DNA from: Macrostomum lignano
Taxonomy: Eukaryota
DNA: 64,000 nt
Direction of reading: 5' to 3'
NCBI GenBank assembly: GCA_002269645.1
Contig: NIVC01001165.1
Span: 379,491-443,490 of the forward strand
The position numbers and the translations under genes were made by a program. Positions 25,401-37,365 of this stretch are shown here, in pieces (position 1 is the stretch's first letter; each line of letters begins with the position of its first letter). A model generated the notes under the pieces. That model had not been told where the DNA came from, searched no databases, and saw only the letters and a list, made by a program, of their open reading frames with translations.

Positions 25401-27827
25401 AGCCTCAGAGACGGCGGATCAAGGACTCCAGGAGGTTCTTTGGAACTCAACTCAACTCTCTGATGCAACGAGCCTGACGTTTAGCTTCTCGTGCTGCAGC
25501 TTATTCGGTTTTTATGTAATGCTCCCAGAGTTGAAAGGTCAAAGCGGGTCAAAGCAAAAAGCCTCGTTCCCGTCCGCGGATGAATTTCAACAGAAAAAAT
25601 TAGCCGCTGTCCTCCAAGCAGACGTTTTTGCCTGCCAGCTGATCAAATTTTCTCTGGCTCAAGCAGACTGGACATGCAGCAGCACTGCACGCGCCAATTT
25701 ACTGACATACACCAGCGGGACAGTTGCCAAAGCGCAGAGATGCCTTTCCGCTGGGCGTGCGTGAGCTGCCAGTCGTTAATAGACACGCAGGGAGTGGAGG
25801 GGAGCAAAGGGAGAAGAGGGTCAGAGGAGGGGACTGAGCAGCGGGGGCTGCACTGCCGCACTGTCGGAGGTTGCTTGGGGGGGAATCGACTGACAGGGGG
25901 GTTGAGGATTGGCTTCCCCACAAAGCCCACAATTGCCGATCCCACCCCCACCCCTGGTCCGCCGTTCCCGCGCAGCCAACCCCCACAAAATCTCCCCACA
26001 CTCTCGCCTGCCATGCGGCCACACCCCGGGTCTGCCCACTTTGGGTAAATCGGGGTCGCGGCCGTTGGGAAGAGAGGGCTGGGGGGGGGGGAGGCGAGGC
26101 CAAGGGAGAGAAACTGTGTTCAATGCATGCATGGCTGGGGCGTATAAAAATATCCCATATCCCCGATACCAGGGGCGCGTCAGTGCGCAGGGGGGGGGGG
26201 CACAGCCTTGGTGGTATAGTGCACTGGGCGAATCAATACAGAGAGACTACTGGGGGCAGAGGTGGAGGGAGGCGGTCGGGCCTTCCAGGCCTGCAGGGAC
26301 CAATAATCTGTGCGGTAATCCACCCAGCTGTGCGGCTAGAAACTAAGATAGAAATATTGAGGAATAAATAAAAATTGCAGGCGCTAATTATGTGTTAACC
26401 GATACTGTTTATTACATATATACTTAGCAGTCTATGCACCAGTGAGCAATCTCTCTTGGACAGTTCTGAAATAAAAGATACGAGAAAACTGATCGTGGTA
26501 GCTTTAATCCGTCCAAACCTCGACTTAACCTGCGTCACTCGCAAAGATTGAGAGACTTTACCTGCACTCTCAAAAGTGGCGACAACAGCTACGGAATCTT
26601 CTCTGATGTTGCTGAGTACATGTATATATAATATAGCCAGGTCACAGGCTTGCCTGCAATGCAATCGCATCCTAACCAGTCATGGATTCTTCCGGAGACA
26701 CATCTCGTTGCAAACCGGTTGACCTCCCACCTGTCCTTTCTGTGGCATGCATGCAGGAGAGGAAACCGCGGAGCAGATCATGTCACCTTATGCCCTTACT
26801 TCATTAAGGCGTGGCACAAAACACCTCGGCCAACCCCCCCCCCCCGGATGGACGAGCTGACCATCCTCGGACAACATCCGTGACCTTCTCGTGCCTTCGT
26901 CCGAGATACCGGCCGAGAGATGAGGGTCGACGATGTCTCCTCAATGAACCTGCTGACCACCAGGGTTAAGCACTGGTTTATTTTACTTTGGGGTTGCCTG
27001 CGCCCCCCGTCAGTACTACATGTAGTAGTAGCTAGTGCATGCAACCGCACGCGGCAAGTTGGATCTTTACGCATGCATACACACGCACACACACACACAC
27101 ATATGAATGCAAATTTATGCCATTTTTAACCCCATGAACTCAACACAGCTCGATCCAGCGCTTATCATCATCAGTATGCAAATTTGCGAGCTCAATTTGG
27201 CATGCTGAGCAGCCATATACAGTGTACCAAATGCATCTCGTTTGAGTTGACGACATTAGTATTCTATTGCAATCTCTAGAGCGTTATGGACATTCATTCA
27301 AACATAAAAACCTTAGAGATTTAGTATATTTGGATTACAGGCGGTAATAGCCATGTAATTTTTATATTGCATGGAGACTTTCAGTTATTAAGGCTTGCGT
27401 ATACACAGTATAGAAAGTGGAATGTGCAATGTCTCCTGATTGACATGTGTTGGACTATATATAATGAGCAAAACCAGCTGTTGAGGAGAGAACGTCTGAA
27501 AATTCGAGATCTTCAATAGCCAACATTGGAGAGTTTTTTAACAGGCAGTCAATCAACTGAGAATTTGAGCTGGCCTTCTTAAATGCAGAAAATTGCCTGT
27601 CAAAGCATGAGGCATATTCTTATTTTGCCTTGAATACTCGCACTTTTGAGTATAATATAAAACACGAGTAAAGGAAAAGCAGCCACTCAAGGTAAACCAC
27701 GATTCCAGATATGATATTGGACAGAAATCGAAGAAGCCGTTCATCCAACCAACATATTTGAATTTATAAAATCATTTGTGAGGTCCGCGAGTGTTCTCCA
27801 TAGGCAATTAATTTTTACTTGCGGTTA

Positions 27828-28552
27828 TTTAGGTTTGGAGGCGATTATTGTTGTTTGGAGGCGATTATTGAGGTTTGGAGGCGATTATTGTTGTTTGGAG
27901 GCGATTATTGAGGTTTGGAGGCGATTATTGATGTTTGGGGGTGATAATTGAGGTTTGAAGGCGATTATTGAAGTTTGGGGCGATTATTGAGGTTTGGGGA
28001 CAATAATTGATGTTTGGCGGCGGTTATTGAAGTTTGGGGCGATTTGAGGTTTGGGGACAATAATTGAGGTTTGGAGGCTCTTATTGAAGTTTGGGGGGCG
28101 ATTATTAAGGTTTGGGGCGATTATTGAGGTTTGTGGGCGATTATTGTTGTTTGGAGGCGATTATTGAGGTTCGGAGGCGATAATTGAGGTTTGTGGGCGA
28201 TTATTGTTGTTTGGAGGCTCTTATTGAAGTTTGGGGGGCGATTATTAAGGTTTGGGGCGATTATTGAGGTTTGTGGGCGATTATTGTTGTTTGGAGGCTC
28301 TTATTGAAGTTTGGGGGGCGATTATTAAGGTTTGGGGTGATTATTGAGGTTTGTGGGCGATTATTGTTGTTTGGAGGCGGTTATTGACGTTTGGAGGTGA
28401 TTATTGAGGTTTGGAGGCGATTATTGAGGTTTGGAGGCGATTATATTAGGGTTTGGAGGCGGTTATTGAGGTTTGGGGCGATTATTAAGGTTTGGGGACG
28501 ATTATTGTTGTTTGGAGGCGATTATTGAGGTTTGGAGGCGATTTGAGGTTTG
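27828..28552. repeat. About 20-bp degenerate minisatellite GGCGATTATTGAGGTTTGGA
   Basis: Direct reading. Confidence 0.93.
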
Positions 28553-29523
28553 GACACCATTCTTAAGACCTTAAATAAGATTTTAGGCCAGAAAGATATT
28601 CATGAACTAAAAGTGCTAATTAATCCATGTAACTAAATTGGAAGTGGGGTTCACGTAAATATTTATTTATCTCGTAAATAACGACGTAACGACGTAAATA
28701 ACGACACTCACATACTGCATGTACTCGTACATGTACATGATAGGTTTTGAAAGCGTTTAAGTTGCACAATACACGCGTCTGTACATTAATTTGTTACATA
28801 CTGCATCTACATGCACGCGAACTTAATGTGATGATAAAGGCAGTAATCAGCTAAATTTAGCAAATGGCCCTCTCGCTTAGTCTCCGTCAAGCTCGTAAAC
28901 GCTTTAAATTGCAACTTCAGCTACAAAATTGCTCAAAATATGCCAAACCGGAAGTACATGCCAACGCCAATTCTTACTGGTGCTTGTTGGAATTAAACGT
29001 TTTATAATTATCCCAAAAATGATACGAATGATTATAAAAGGCACATATCTATTAAGACAAACAATGCAGGCTTTGGAAAACAATAATGTGTGTAGTTTCA
29101 GCAAGCCCTCCGCAACCGACTACTGCCTTAATTAATAAGGTGATAGTAGTATTAATTGAAAAACGCTTCATACTATTCTCAAGTTACTGCATGGAATCAA
29201 TAATGAATAGAATAGCTTAAAACAGTTAGAAACAGAAATTATATTATTGTAAAATTTTGTATTTCCTAGGTTTTGGATTCAATATTTCAGGCTGCATATG
29301 CAGATAAATATGGCATTGATGATCAGTGATTGCATAATTTGATCTTGGGCAGTGAAGATTCATCATTATTTTAATTTAGCATGCACAGCATGCTAATCTG
29401 TTATAATTTTTACAGAATGAATCAGGTTTCATGCAGGTATAATCCCATTTCAATGCATACTAGTTCCTACATACACACCCTGACAGTGCGTACAAGTTTG
29501 AGTCTTCGCAGTAAGAGGAAAAT

Positions 29524-29665
29524 GGGGTTGTAGCACTGGAGTCACAAGTCGCGACTGGAAGGTCGAGGGTTCGATTCTCGACCAACTCGGAACAAGTTGT
29601 CTTTGAGCAAGACGCTCAACTCTGCATTGCCCAACTGTAAAATGGGCGCCAGCATTAGCTGGGGG
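29524..29665 (+). mobile_element. tRNA-derived SINE, family A (forward, degenerate head)
   Basis: GGGGTTGTAGC head, B box GGGTTCGATTCTC, and a central TTTGAGCAAGAC...CTGTAAAATGGGCGCCAGCATTAGCTGGGG segment resembling conserved metazoan SINE cores. Confidence 0.7.
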
Positions 29666-29670
29666 AAAAG

Positions 29671-29778
29671 GGGGGCCGTAGCCCAGCGGTAGCGCAGCTG
29701 CTCTGGTGTGCCAGCGACCCAGGCTCGATTCCAAGTGCAGTCACATTAATTTGGGGCTGAATTGGAATCTCGGCTTGG
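29671..29778 (+). mobile_element. tRNA-derived SINE-like element, family B copy 1
   Basis: A box TAGCCCAGCGG, B-like box GGCTCGATTCC; near-identical to 29996-30110. Confidence 0.65.
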
Positions 29779-29784
29779 CTCCTC

Positions 29785-29994
29785 TGTTTAGGTCCAAGGA
29801 CTGGGGGTCGCAACAATCACACTCGATTACCCCAGCTAATGCTGGCACCCATGTTACAGCTGGGTGAACTGAAGCAATGCAGAGTTAATTGTTTTGCTCA
29901 AAGCTACAAATCGTTTCGAGTGGGTTCGAGAATCGAACTCCCGACCGTTTATAGTCGCAACTCCGCGACGCTCTGACCACTAAGCTACAACCCC
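29785..29994 (-). mobile_element. tRNA-derived SINE, family A (reverse copy)
   Basis: Minus strand GGGGTTGTAGCTTAGTGGTCAGAGCG...GAGTTCGATTCTC...CAGTTCACCCAGCTGTAACATGGGTGCCAGCATTAGCTGGGG. Confidence 0.75.
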
Positions 29995-29995
29995 G

Positions 29996-30110
29996 GGGGG
30001 CCGTAGCCCAGCGGTAGCGCAGCTGCTCTGGTGTGCCAGTGACCCAGGCTCGATTCCAAGTGCAGTCACATTAATTTGGGGCTGAACTGGAATCCCGGCT
30101 TGGCTCTGCT
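29996..30110 (+). mobile_element. tRNA-derived SINE-like element, family B copy 2
   Basis: Direct copy of 29671-29778 with a few substitutions. Confidence 0.65.
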
Positions 30111-30687
30111 CGTGCAATTAACGGCCTTGAGAGCCAACCCCCCAAGGCGCAGGGAAGTGTACATGCCTAACGATAATATAAAGTTAGGGCCGCTGTACAC
30201 TCCTGTGTGAGTGTGTGCCTGCGTACGTATCCGCGCGCTTGTGTGCCTGCTCAGGGGAGTCGGTGGAATGGGCAGTAATGCCTCTCGCCGGTTGTGTGCC
30301 TATGTCGCTTAAAGTGCGCCAGGGTGCACGCAACCCCCCTGCCTCTAATAAAATGGCTGGGGCAATTGAAATTGCGTGTGTGCCCCCTCCAGTCCTTGGA
30401 CTGAACAGCCGTACGCAGCCTTCAGATGCGCCGCGCAATAGCTGCGGCTGAGCTGTCGGTTGCACATTTGGCCCAATTGGGACAGCTGTAGTCAATTAGT
30501 AGTATTATTAAAGAAAAGTAGGCCGACTCAATTCCACTTAGAAGTGCAGTATAATTACAAAATTCAATAGAAAATGCAACAAACACAAAACGCAACGTTT
30601 ATTCACGGCAAGATACTTCAATATACGTATGTACATTTTGTAAGAGAGCAGAAAACACTGCCAAATAACAAAGTCCTATCACAGCTG

Positions 30688-31290
30688 TCAATCATCCTGC
30701 AGCAGTTTATCCAAATCATCGTCCAGTTCGCTCAAGTCGCGAGTCCGCCTGAGTTCCGGTCGGGAATCCGGCAGAACCAGGGGCGGCGGAGGCGGCGGCA
30801 AAGGCGCGGGGACTGGCGGATGCTGCGCGGCCGATGATGGAGCAGCTTCATCGAGTTCCTGCTTAATAGTAGGAGCCTCAGGAGTCTCAGGAGTCTTTAA
30901 CTTCAGCCTCGGTGGAGCAACCGCAGCCACGCAGTCGAGATCCAGCCAATCGAACTCATCATCAGCTTCCTCATTGACAACAATCAGCTGATCATCTTCG
31001 CTGTCAGATGGCTCGTCATCGCCGCTGGCTGGAGACGTCTCAAGGTCAACTGGGTCCGTCTCTGGCAGGCAGTCTGGGAGCGACTCCGCGCCCAGCAGCT
31101 GCAGGTAGGCGTCGGCCAGGGCTGCCTCCCGGTCCTGCGCGGAGGCTTCCGAAGAGGAAGACGTCACACTGCTGGGATGTTCCGAGGGCTCGCGAACTGA
31201 GGCCAGGCCGATTGCGGCGCCAAGGAGGCTGGGATCTGGCCAGAGAGGATGAAGCTGGTGGACGGAACGCGTGCCTGATGAGTCCAGCGC
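30688..31290 (-). CDS. Terminal exon of an uncharacterised acidic/Pro-rich protein
   Basis: atcccag|GCG CTG GAC... open to the stop at 30688; ALDSSGTR...TIKQELDE...LDKLLQDD*; phase 0. Confidence 0.65.
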   Translation of the reverse strand, partial: ALDSSGTRSVHQLHPLWPDPSLLGAAIGLASVREPSEHPSSVTSSSSEASAQDREAALADAYLQLLGAESLPDCLPETDPVDLETSPASGDDEPSDSEDDQLIVVNEEADDEFDWLDLDCVAAVAPPRLKLKTPETPEAPTIKQELDEAAPSSAAQHPPVPAPLPPPPPPLVLPDSRPELRRTRDLSELDDDLDKLLQDD

Positions 31291-31399
31291 CTGGGATTCG
31301 GGGGAATTTTAAGTGCTGCCATTAGAGACCATTCTCAAAGACCTCACTTTCAGAGGAATGGCTGGGGATGAAACAGATTATCTGGGATGAATTGGGGTT

Positions 31400-32040
31400 C
31401 CCTGGGGTGGATACTGGGATTCCCTGAGGTAGACAAATGGATCAACTCGAGTTGATATTGGAAATTTTCCGGAGAGGATATGGGGAATTCTCTGGAGAGG
31501 ATACAGAGATTTCCTGGTATGGATATGAGGGATTACCCGAAGTGGATACGGGGGCTTCCCTAGAGAGAATACGGGGGATTCCCTTGGAGTGGATACGTGG
31601 GATTTCCTAGAGAGAATACGGATGATCATCTGAAGTGAATACGGGGAATTCCCTAGAGAGAATACGGGGGCTTCCCTAGAGAGAATACGGGGGATTCCCT
31701 TGGAGTGGATACGTGGGATTTCCTAGAGAGGATACGGAGGATCATCTGAAGTGAATACGGGGAATTCCTTAGAGAGGATATTGGGGATTACCTGAAGTGG
31801 ATACGGGGATTCCCTAGAGGATACGGGGGATTCCTTAGAGAGGATACGGGGAATTCCTTAGAGAGGATACGGGGAATTCCTTAGAGAGGATACGGGGGAT
31901 TCTCTACAGTGGATATGTGGGATTCCTTAGAGAGGATACGGGGATTCCCTACAGTGGATATGGGGATTCCCTAAAGTGGATACGGGGGATTCTCTGGAGT
32001 GGATATGGGGGATTCCCTAGAGTGGATACGGCGGATTCTC
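31400..32040. repeat. Degenerate about 20-bp intronic minisatellite (GGATACGGGGGATTCCCTAGA core)
   Basis: Direct reading; about 115-120-bp higher-order duplication around 31545-31790. Confidence 0.85.
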
Positions 32041-32082
32041 TGGATTTATGACACCACATAGTGTTCATGACAATGAGTTCAC

Positions 32083-32374
32083 CTGTGGAGACACCTGGTG
32101 CTGTAATGGAAGTTTCTGCTGCTGTTGTTGGCCAAGCTGACGAAAAGCAGACTCCTGCAGCAGGGCATCAAAGTGGCGACCATGAGGCACAGCTCCGGGG
32201 CCACCAGATCTGTCAGACTCATCATCCAATGGTTCTGGACTAAGATCTCTGGGCACCTGTTGTGGTGCAACTTTGCTTGGCTTTCGCGGCTGTCTCTGTT
32301 GCTGCTGCAGCTGATTGCGGTTTGGTCTATCTGGCCGCCTGCCTGACTGGTGGTGCTTTGGCATTGCACCGGCT
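32083..32374 (-). CDS. Upstream Q-rich exon of the same uncharacterised protein
   Basis: PKHHQSGRRP...QQQQRQPRK...KLPLQHQVSPQ|gtgaac; phase-0 donor fits the 31290 acceptor. 5' boundary uncertain. Confidence 0.5.
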
Positions 32375-35300
32375 CTGCTTTCACTAATTTAGGTCAAGTT
32401 GAGTACTGTAAATAAGCACCAGGGTGCATTGTTCATTTGTTTACGAACAGGCCAAATGCTGATAATAAGAAAAATGATAATGATAATAATATTAGAATAG
32501 AAGAACGTGGCAAAGAATATGTGGTAGTTGGGGCTATCACTTTTGACATTTCAAATTTCAGATTTTTTGCAAAACGAACTTTTCTAATCACTTTTTGGGA
32601 CCTTGAGGCCATCGAATGGACTTTATGATGCCATATGACATCATCCCGGATGGTCTCTGGTCAGGAGCTTCCATTCCTTGCTGCTGAAGTTCTCCTTTCC
32701 TTGTTTGGACCTCGGAGCCTCACAAATGGATCCCCCCTTTTTGTATGTATTGCTCAAACTGAAACTTATTTAACCCAAATCATATTTACACAATAAGCCA
32801 ATGAGCATCCATTTATTCTTGATTATTCAAGAAGCTGGATAGCATTATTATAGTTGTGATAGCATTATCCTACTCTAAGTAAGCATAAAAGAAAGTGAAT
32901 ATACATTAAATTAGTGTCTGAGGACATAAAAAACTATGCTAACAACCAGCTAAACTGTAATTTTATCTTATCTTCCCCTGAAATAGAAGATCCTAATAGA
33001 CAGAGTAACCTATCAAATTTTATAACTTAATTGCAATAGATTTTTAGCTTGAACTGCATAAACTCAAATGCAGATAGCAGTTCAAATATTTTAAAGCCAT
33101 CCCATCTCATTGCTATTAACTTGCAAATTCAGTTTTTTTTCCTATCTACTCTTGTCTGAAATAATCTTTCTATATATAGGATGTTATATTTTTGAAAGAA
33201 AAAGATAACAAAGAGCTAGGCTAATAGGATTTGAAGTATTTTAGTTGCTACATTGGCTGCAGTGGCTTATAGCACTTGTTTACCTTCTTGAAAATTAGCT
33301 GTAAAATCTTAATACAAAAAATCATATCATATCATATCATATCATATTGAGTTCTTAAGAACCATAGACTAAAAAATAAGCTTAGAATTATAAGGAAGTG
33401 TTTAGTATTATCAGATTAATTGATTAAATGCACAAAATATTATTATACCTAAAACTCTTTAGTAGAGCATTTTCAATTTTAAAATGTCTTTTAATGATCA
33501 ATACATACTTTAATTAATATAATGTTAATATTAATAATAATATCTAGATATTCAAAATAAAATTAACTTAATTATTACGATTCATAAATTAATAAAAAAT
33601 AATACTAGGCTATGGCTGACATTAGCAGGGGGCCCTTGTCTTTTAATAGTAAAAAATACTAAAATTAGGAGCTAACCACTGTTGTATAGGCTTTGTATTT
33701 ATGTTTTTTTGTTAGTTATAGTTGTCGGTCTCATTTTTGTATGTCGAAGATATGTACATCTCTGGGCCTTGCCCCCCCCCCCATTATTGCTTAGTGTACA
33801 TGCAATCTCAGCCCCACCCCATCTTTTGTGTGTCATTTAGCAGTTAAACATGAAAGGATCAATAGCTTAAATTTGTTTGTGAGAGCGCATTGTGGCAATA
33901 GTCAAAACCTTGCCAAGATTTTGGGCAAAAGGTTCTTTGTCTTGAGAACATCTCAAGGTGCTTAGGCCTCAGGTAAAGTAAAGAGTCATAAATTGAATTA
34001 AGGATTTAAGGCTAAAATGAAAACTAGGCTTAGTTATACTTTCAATAAAAAATATAAAAAATTATCATGAGATTTTCTTTTTAAACTGCTAGTGATAATC
34101 ACTAGAATATTTATTACAAAAAAACACACCTACATTAACAAGAGTGTTAATTCAGTTTATTTAATTTTTTATTTGGTTGTGATTTGATTTGAGCACTATT
34201 GCACACTAAAGGCCTATATGCAGCACACCAACACCACGCAGCCTGCAGCAGCATGCAATTTGCAAGTCAGTGGAAATGGCTCCCCACTGTGCTGTGCACG
34301 GCGCAGATATTTCTAGGGCCATCCACATAGGAATTTTCACCAAAAAGGGCATCTATGAGACAATGGGAATATTATAGAATGGAACATGTAAACCTTGTAA
34401 ACTATGTAAATGTAAATTAGCCTATCATTCATTTAACAGGACATATTGTAGCATCTAGCAGGCTTTGAAGTTGAGTATATAGGCCTAGCCTATAGTTTTT
34501 TGTCAATGCTTGCTTATTGCTTAAATATTATATTAGTATTATATATTATAATTTATAATCAAATTTTGATGCATTTAAAATTTATTAGGCCTGGTTTAAA
34601 TATTCAAGCTGTGACGTCATAGAAGCAAAATACGATAGATATTGTTACAAATTATTCTGGAGTCTTAGGCTTGTACACTGGACTGTACTGTACTGTATAG
34701 AGACACAAATGTATTAGATTTATCAGTTGCCGAAATAGTTTTCGAAGAAAACAGTCAGTTTGAATTTATATAGTATCCACGTAACACCGTTATGCATTAA
34801 ATAATTGTTAATTGTTTTCATGGTTGCCGTACCAGCTGTTTGACGGCCAGTTTTTATTAAATTTCAGCAATATTCAACCCTTTCTTGTTACCCCGCTTAT
34901 TTCTTTGATCCGACAAAATGTGGATTCCCGGTTCACAGTACCAAGTACTTATATGTACTCGGATCGCATGTAACAAATGAACGGTAGAGTTGCTACCGTT
35001 GTCACCGTTTGCATGTAATGGCATATAAGAGTATAAACGCAATTTAATCCCATTACAACACAATACTCGAGAATATAATGAGCTGCACATAACAGACTGA
35101 ACTGCTGTAATTTTTTAAAGATTTAGATGGATTTTACAGTTTGCATTTTGTACATCATGGCGTAATACATGTCATGACGTAATCATGACGTTTGTTTTTT
35201 TAATATTTCATTTGTTAATTCAAAATCCACCCCATTTATCAAACAACCCGGCCAGCTTTTCTTTTCTGTGGGCCTACAGCTGTATGCCCCAATCCAGCTT

Positions 35301-37365
35301 ATATGCATTTTCTCTCTCCTTCCCCTGAACCAGCCTATCAGCAGCTTTGATTCTTCGCTGTGCGCTGATTGGCTTGCTGTCGTCTGCTCTCTGCCACCCC
35401 ATTTTGGTCTGGTACTTATTTTGCCGCATCTAGCTTTAGCACTGGCTAGGGGCTTTAGCACCAGTGGGCTTAATTAGCACCATGAGGCTTTAGCAGTTAG
35501 CACCCATGCAGGGACGCCAGCACCAGAGGGCGCGTGTACAATGAGTAAGAGAGCTGCGTATACATGCAATTAATACATGCAAAAAAGACGAAAATGCAGG
35601 CGGTAAAATCTACCTGCTGTATGTGCTTTGTGTGCAATGCCACTAGCATGCATGGTTTGCGTACACTTCATATCCTTGAACGTATTTCGACAACATGTAG
35701 GATTTTATGTTAAGCAATTAGAACACTAAACCTTTTGATAAAACTGTTACAGCAACAACTAAAAAAATATGACTACACATACATAGCGGCCATATTCAGA
35801 ATCGACATGCATACGTGTAGCAACTGCAGGACATTTTTAATGCCGTTCGGAGTTCCCGCAAATGCAGCTGTTTTTACTTCGCTATTATAATCCTCGCTAA
35901 ATAAAATCCAAACATCCAAACCCCGTCCCTAAAGGGTCTGCAAACTCACGAAAAGCTGCATGGTTGAGTAGTGCGTGGTTGTACTGACTGTCATGAGGAT
36001 TGCGAAAGTTCAGTACCTCTTTTAGGACAGGCGCCCTATATAGCTGCATCTGATTAATGAACTTTTTGTCGGCTAAGTTCATAGTGCATGGATCGCTACA
36101 AGTTTATGCAGTACACGATTGTCCTACAGGTCGAAAAACAAGGATCACAATCGTACAGCAATCGGCATCGTTGTATTAGTTAGGTAAACCGACAAAACAC
36201 GGAAATGATGCATGGAACAAGAAGCGTGCAATAAAAGTGCAACTGCCGAACTGTCTCTCCACTTTTCTCTGGCTCTTTCTTTTTCGCTGTAATTTTTTTC
36301 TTTTAACGATTTTTCGTTACAATATTACCAATTTAGATGCCCACGTACCCCCCACCCAACCGAATCTACGCGACCTATCGACATAAATACAGCAACCAAC
36401 TTATTGCCTGTCTTCACAAATTTACACCTGTTGCAAACAGGATGCAACTTACTGAGTAAAAAATATCGGCTTAATTCTTGGCTAAAGTATAAGTACTCGT
36501 GTACTTCTGTGCTAAACAAGCTATAAAATTGAGTCGTGTCAAAGCAGGCCGTTTTGCCAAACGCAGACAAAGGACAAATAACTACTTGAAGTACATTGGT
36601 GGGCGGCTCAAATTCTTGCATGCAGACAAGTGTGCTTTGAGAGCACCACCTCGCTATAATTCGAAAAAAAGATTAAGAGAAGAAGACGAGACAGGACCAG
36701 AAAAAATACAGTGAGTGAGCACAATGAAAATTTACTCAGAGCGCGTCTCCGTTTCCATGCCGCAAATATCCATTGCTCTGTGTGGCACGAACTGCGACGC
36801 AGAGTTTGGCACGTACAATCGCTCTGCAATCTCACCCATTCATTTCTGTCTAAACCCTTCTGCGTACACGCTTTCCGTCCATTTGAGCATAGCGGAGTCG
36901 ACGGAGTGCCATTCTTTGCATTAGACGGCGCAGCGGAACAAGGCTGAGACAGACGGACAGACAGAGCAAGAGAGGGAGCCGCTCACCCAAGCCACAGCGG
37001 TCAGGCACACAGAAACAGAACTAGAGGGGGGGAGGCCGTGAGAGAGCTATAGAGAAAATCTTACAGAGCTCCCTGTTCACCGGCCTCAGCTCAGAGTGAG
37101 TTCCCGTCTTCCCCGCTAAACCCTTACTCTTCTCATCCCCTACAAATTCCTGTCCCGGCAACTCCCGGTACTCAGTGCAGCCGAGTCAGCCCCAGCGATC
37201 CACCCCAAACGCATTCGTACCACCAGGCACAGGAGTGTTATTTCTAGCCTAAACATGGATTATCCCCAATCATAAGCTTTGTGATTGTGCACGATTTTTT
37301 CCGCTGCCTTTCGGTAACAGCAGTCGCAAACAAACGTCCTACCCGAGGGGCTCTGGCTGCAAGCC

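Noticed and set aside
29671-29745. Functional tRNA gene (also 29996-30070)
   Set aside because: A and B boxes are present but the 3' acceptor-stem strand is missing; treated as SINE heads.
32750-34200. Mitochondrial insertion (12S/16S-like)
   Set aside because: Only a loose AAACTAGG-type resemblance near 34022; no mt-tRNA or mt-protein motif recognised.
35800-36082. Kolobok-associated P2RX7-like ORF remnant (HAAFREF...LGTG)
   Set aside because: The motif similarity is too short and there are no element ends; needs an HMM search.
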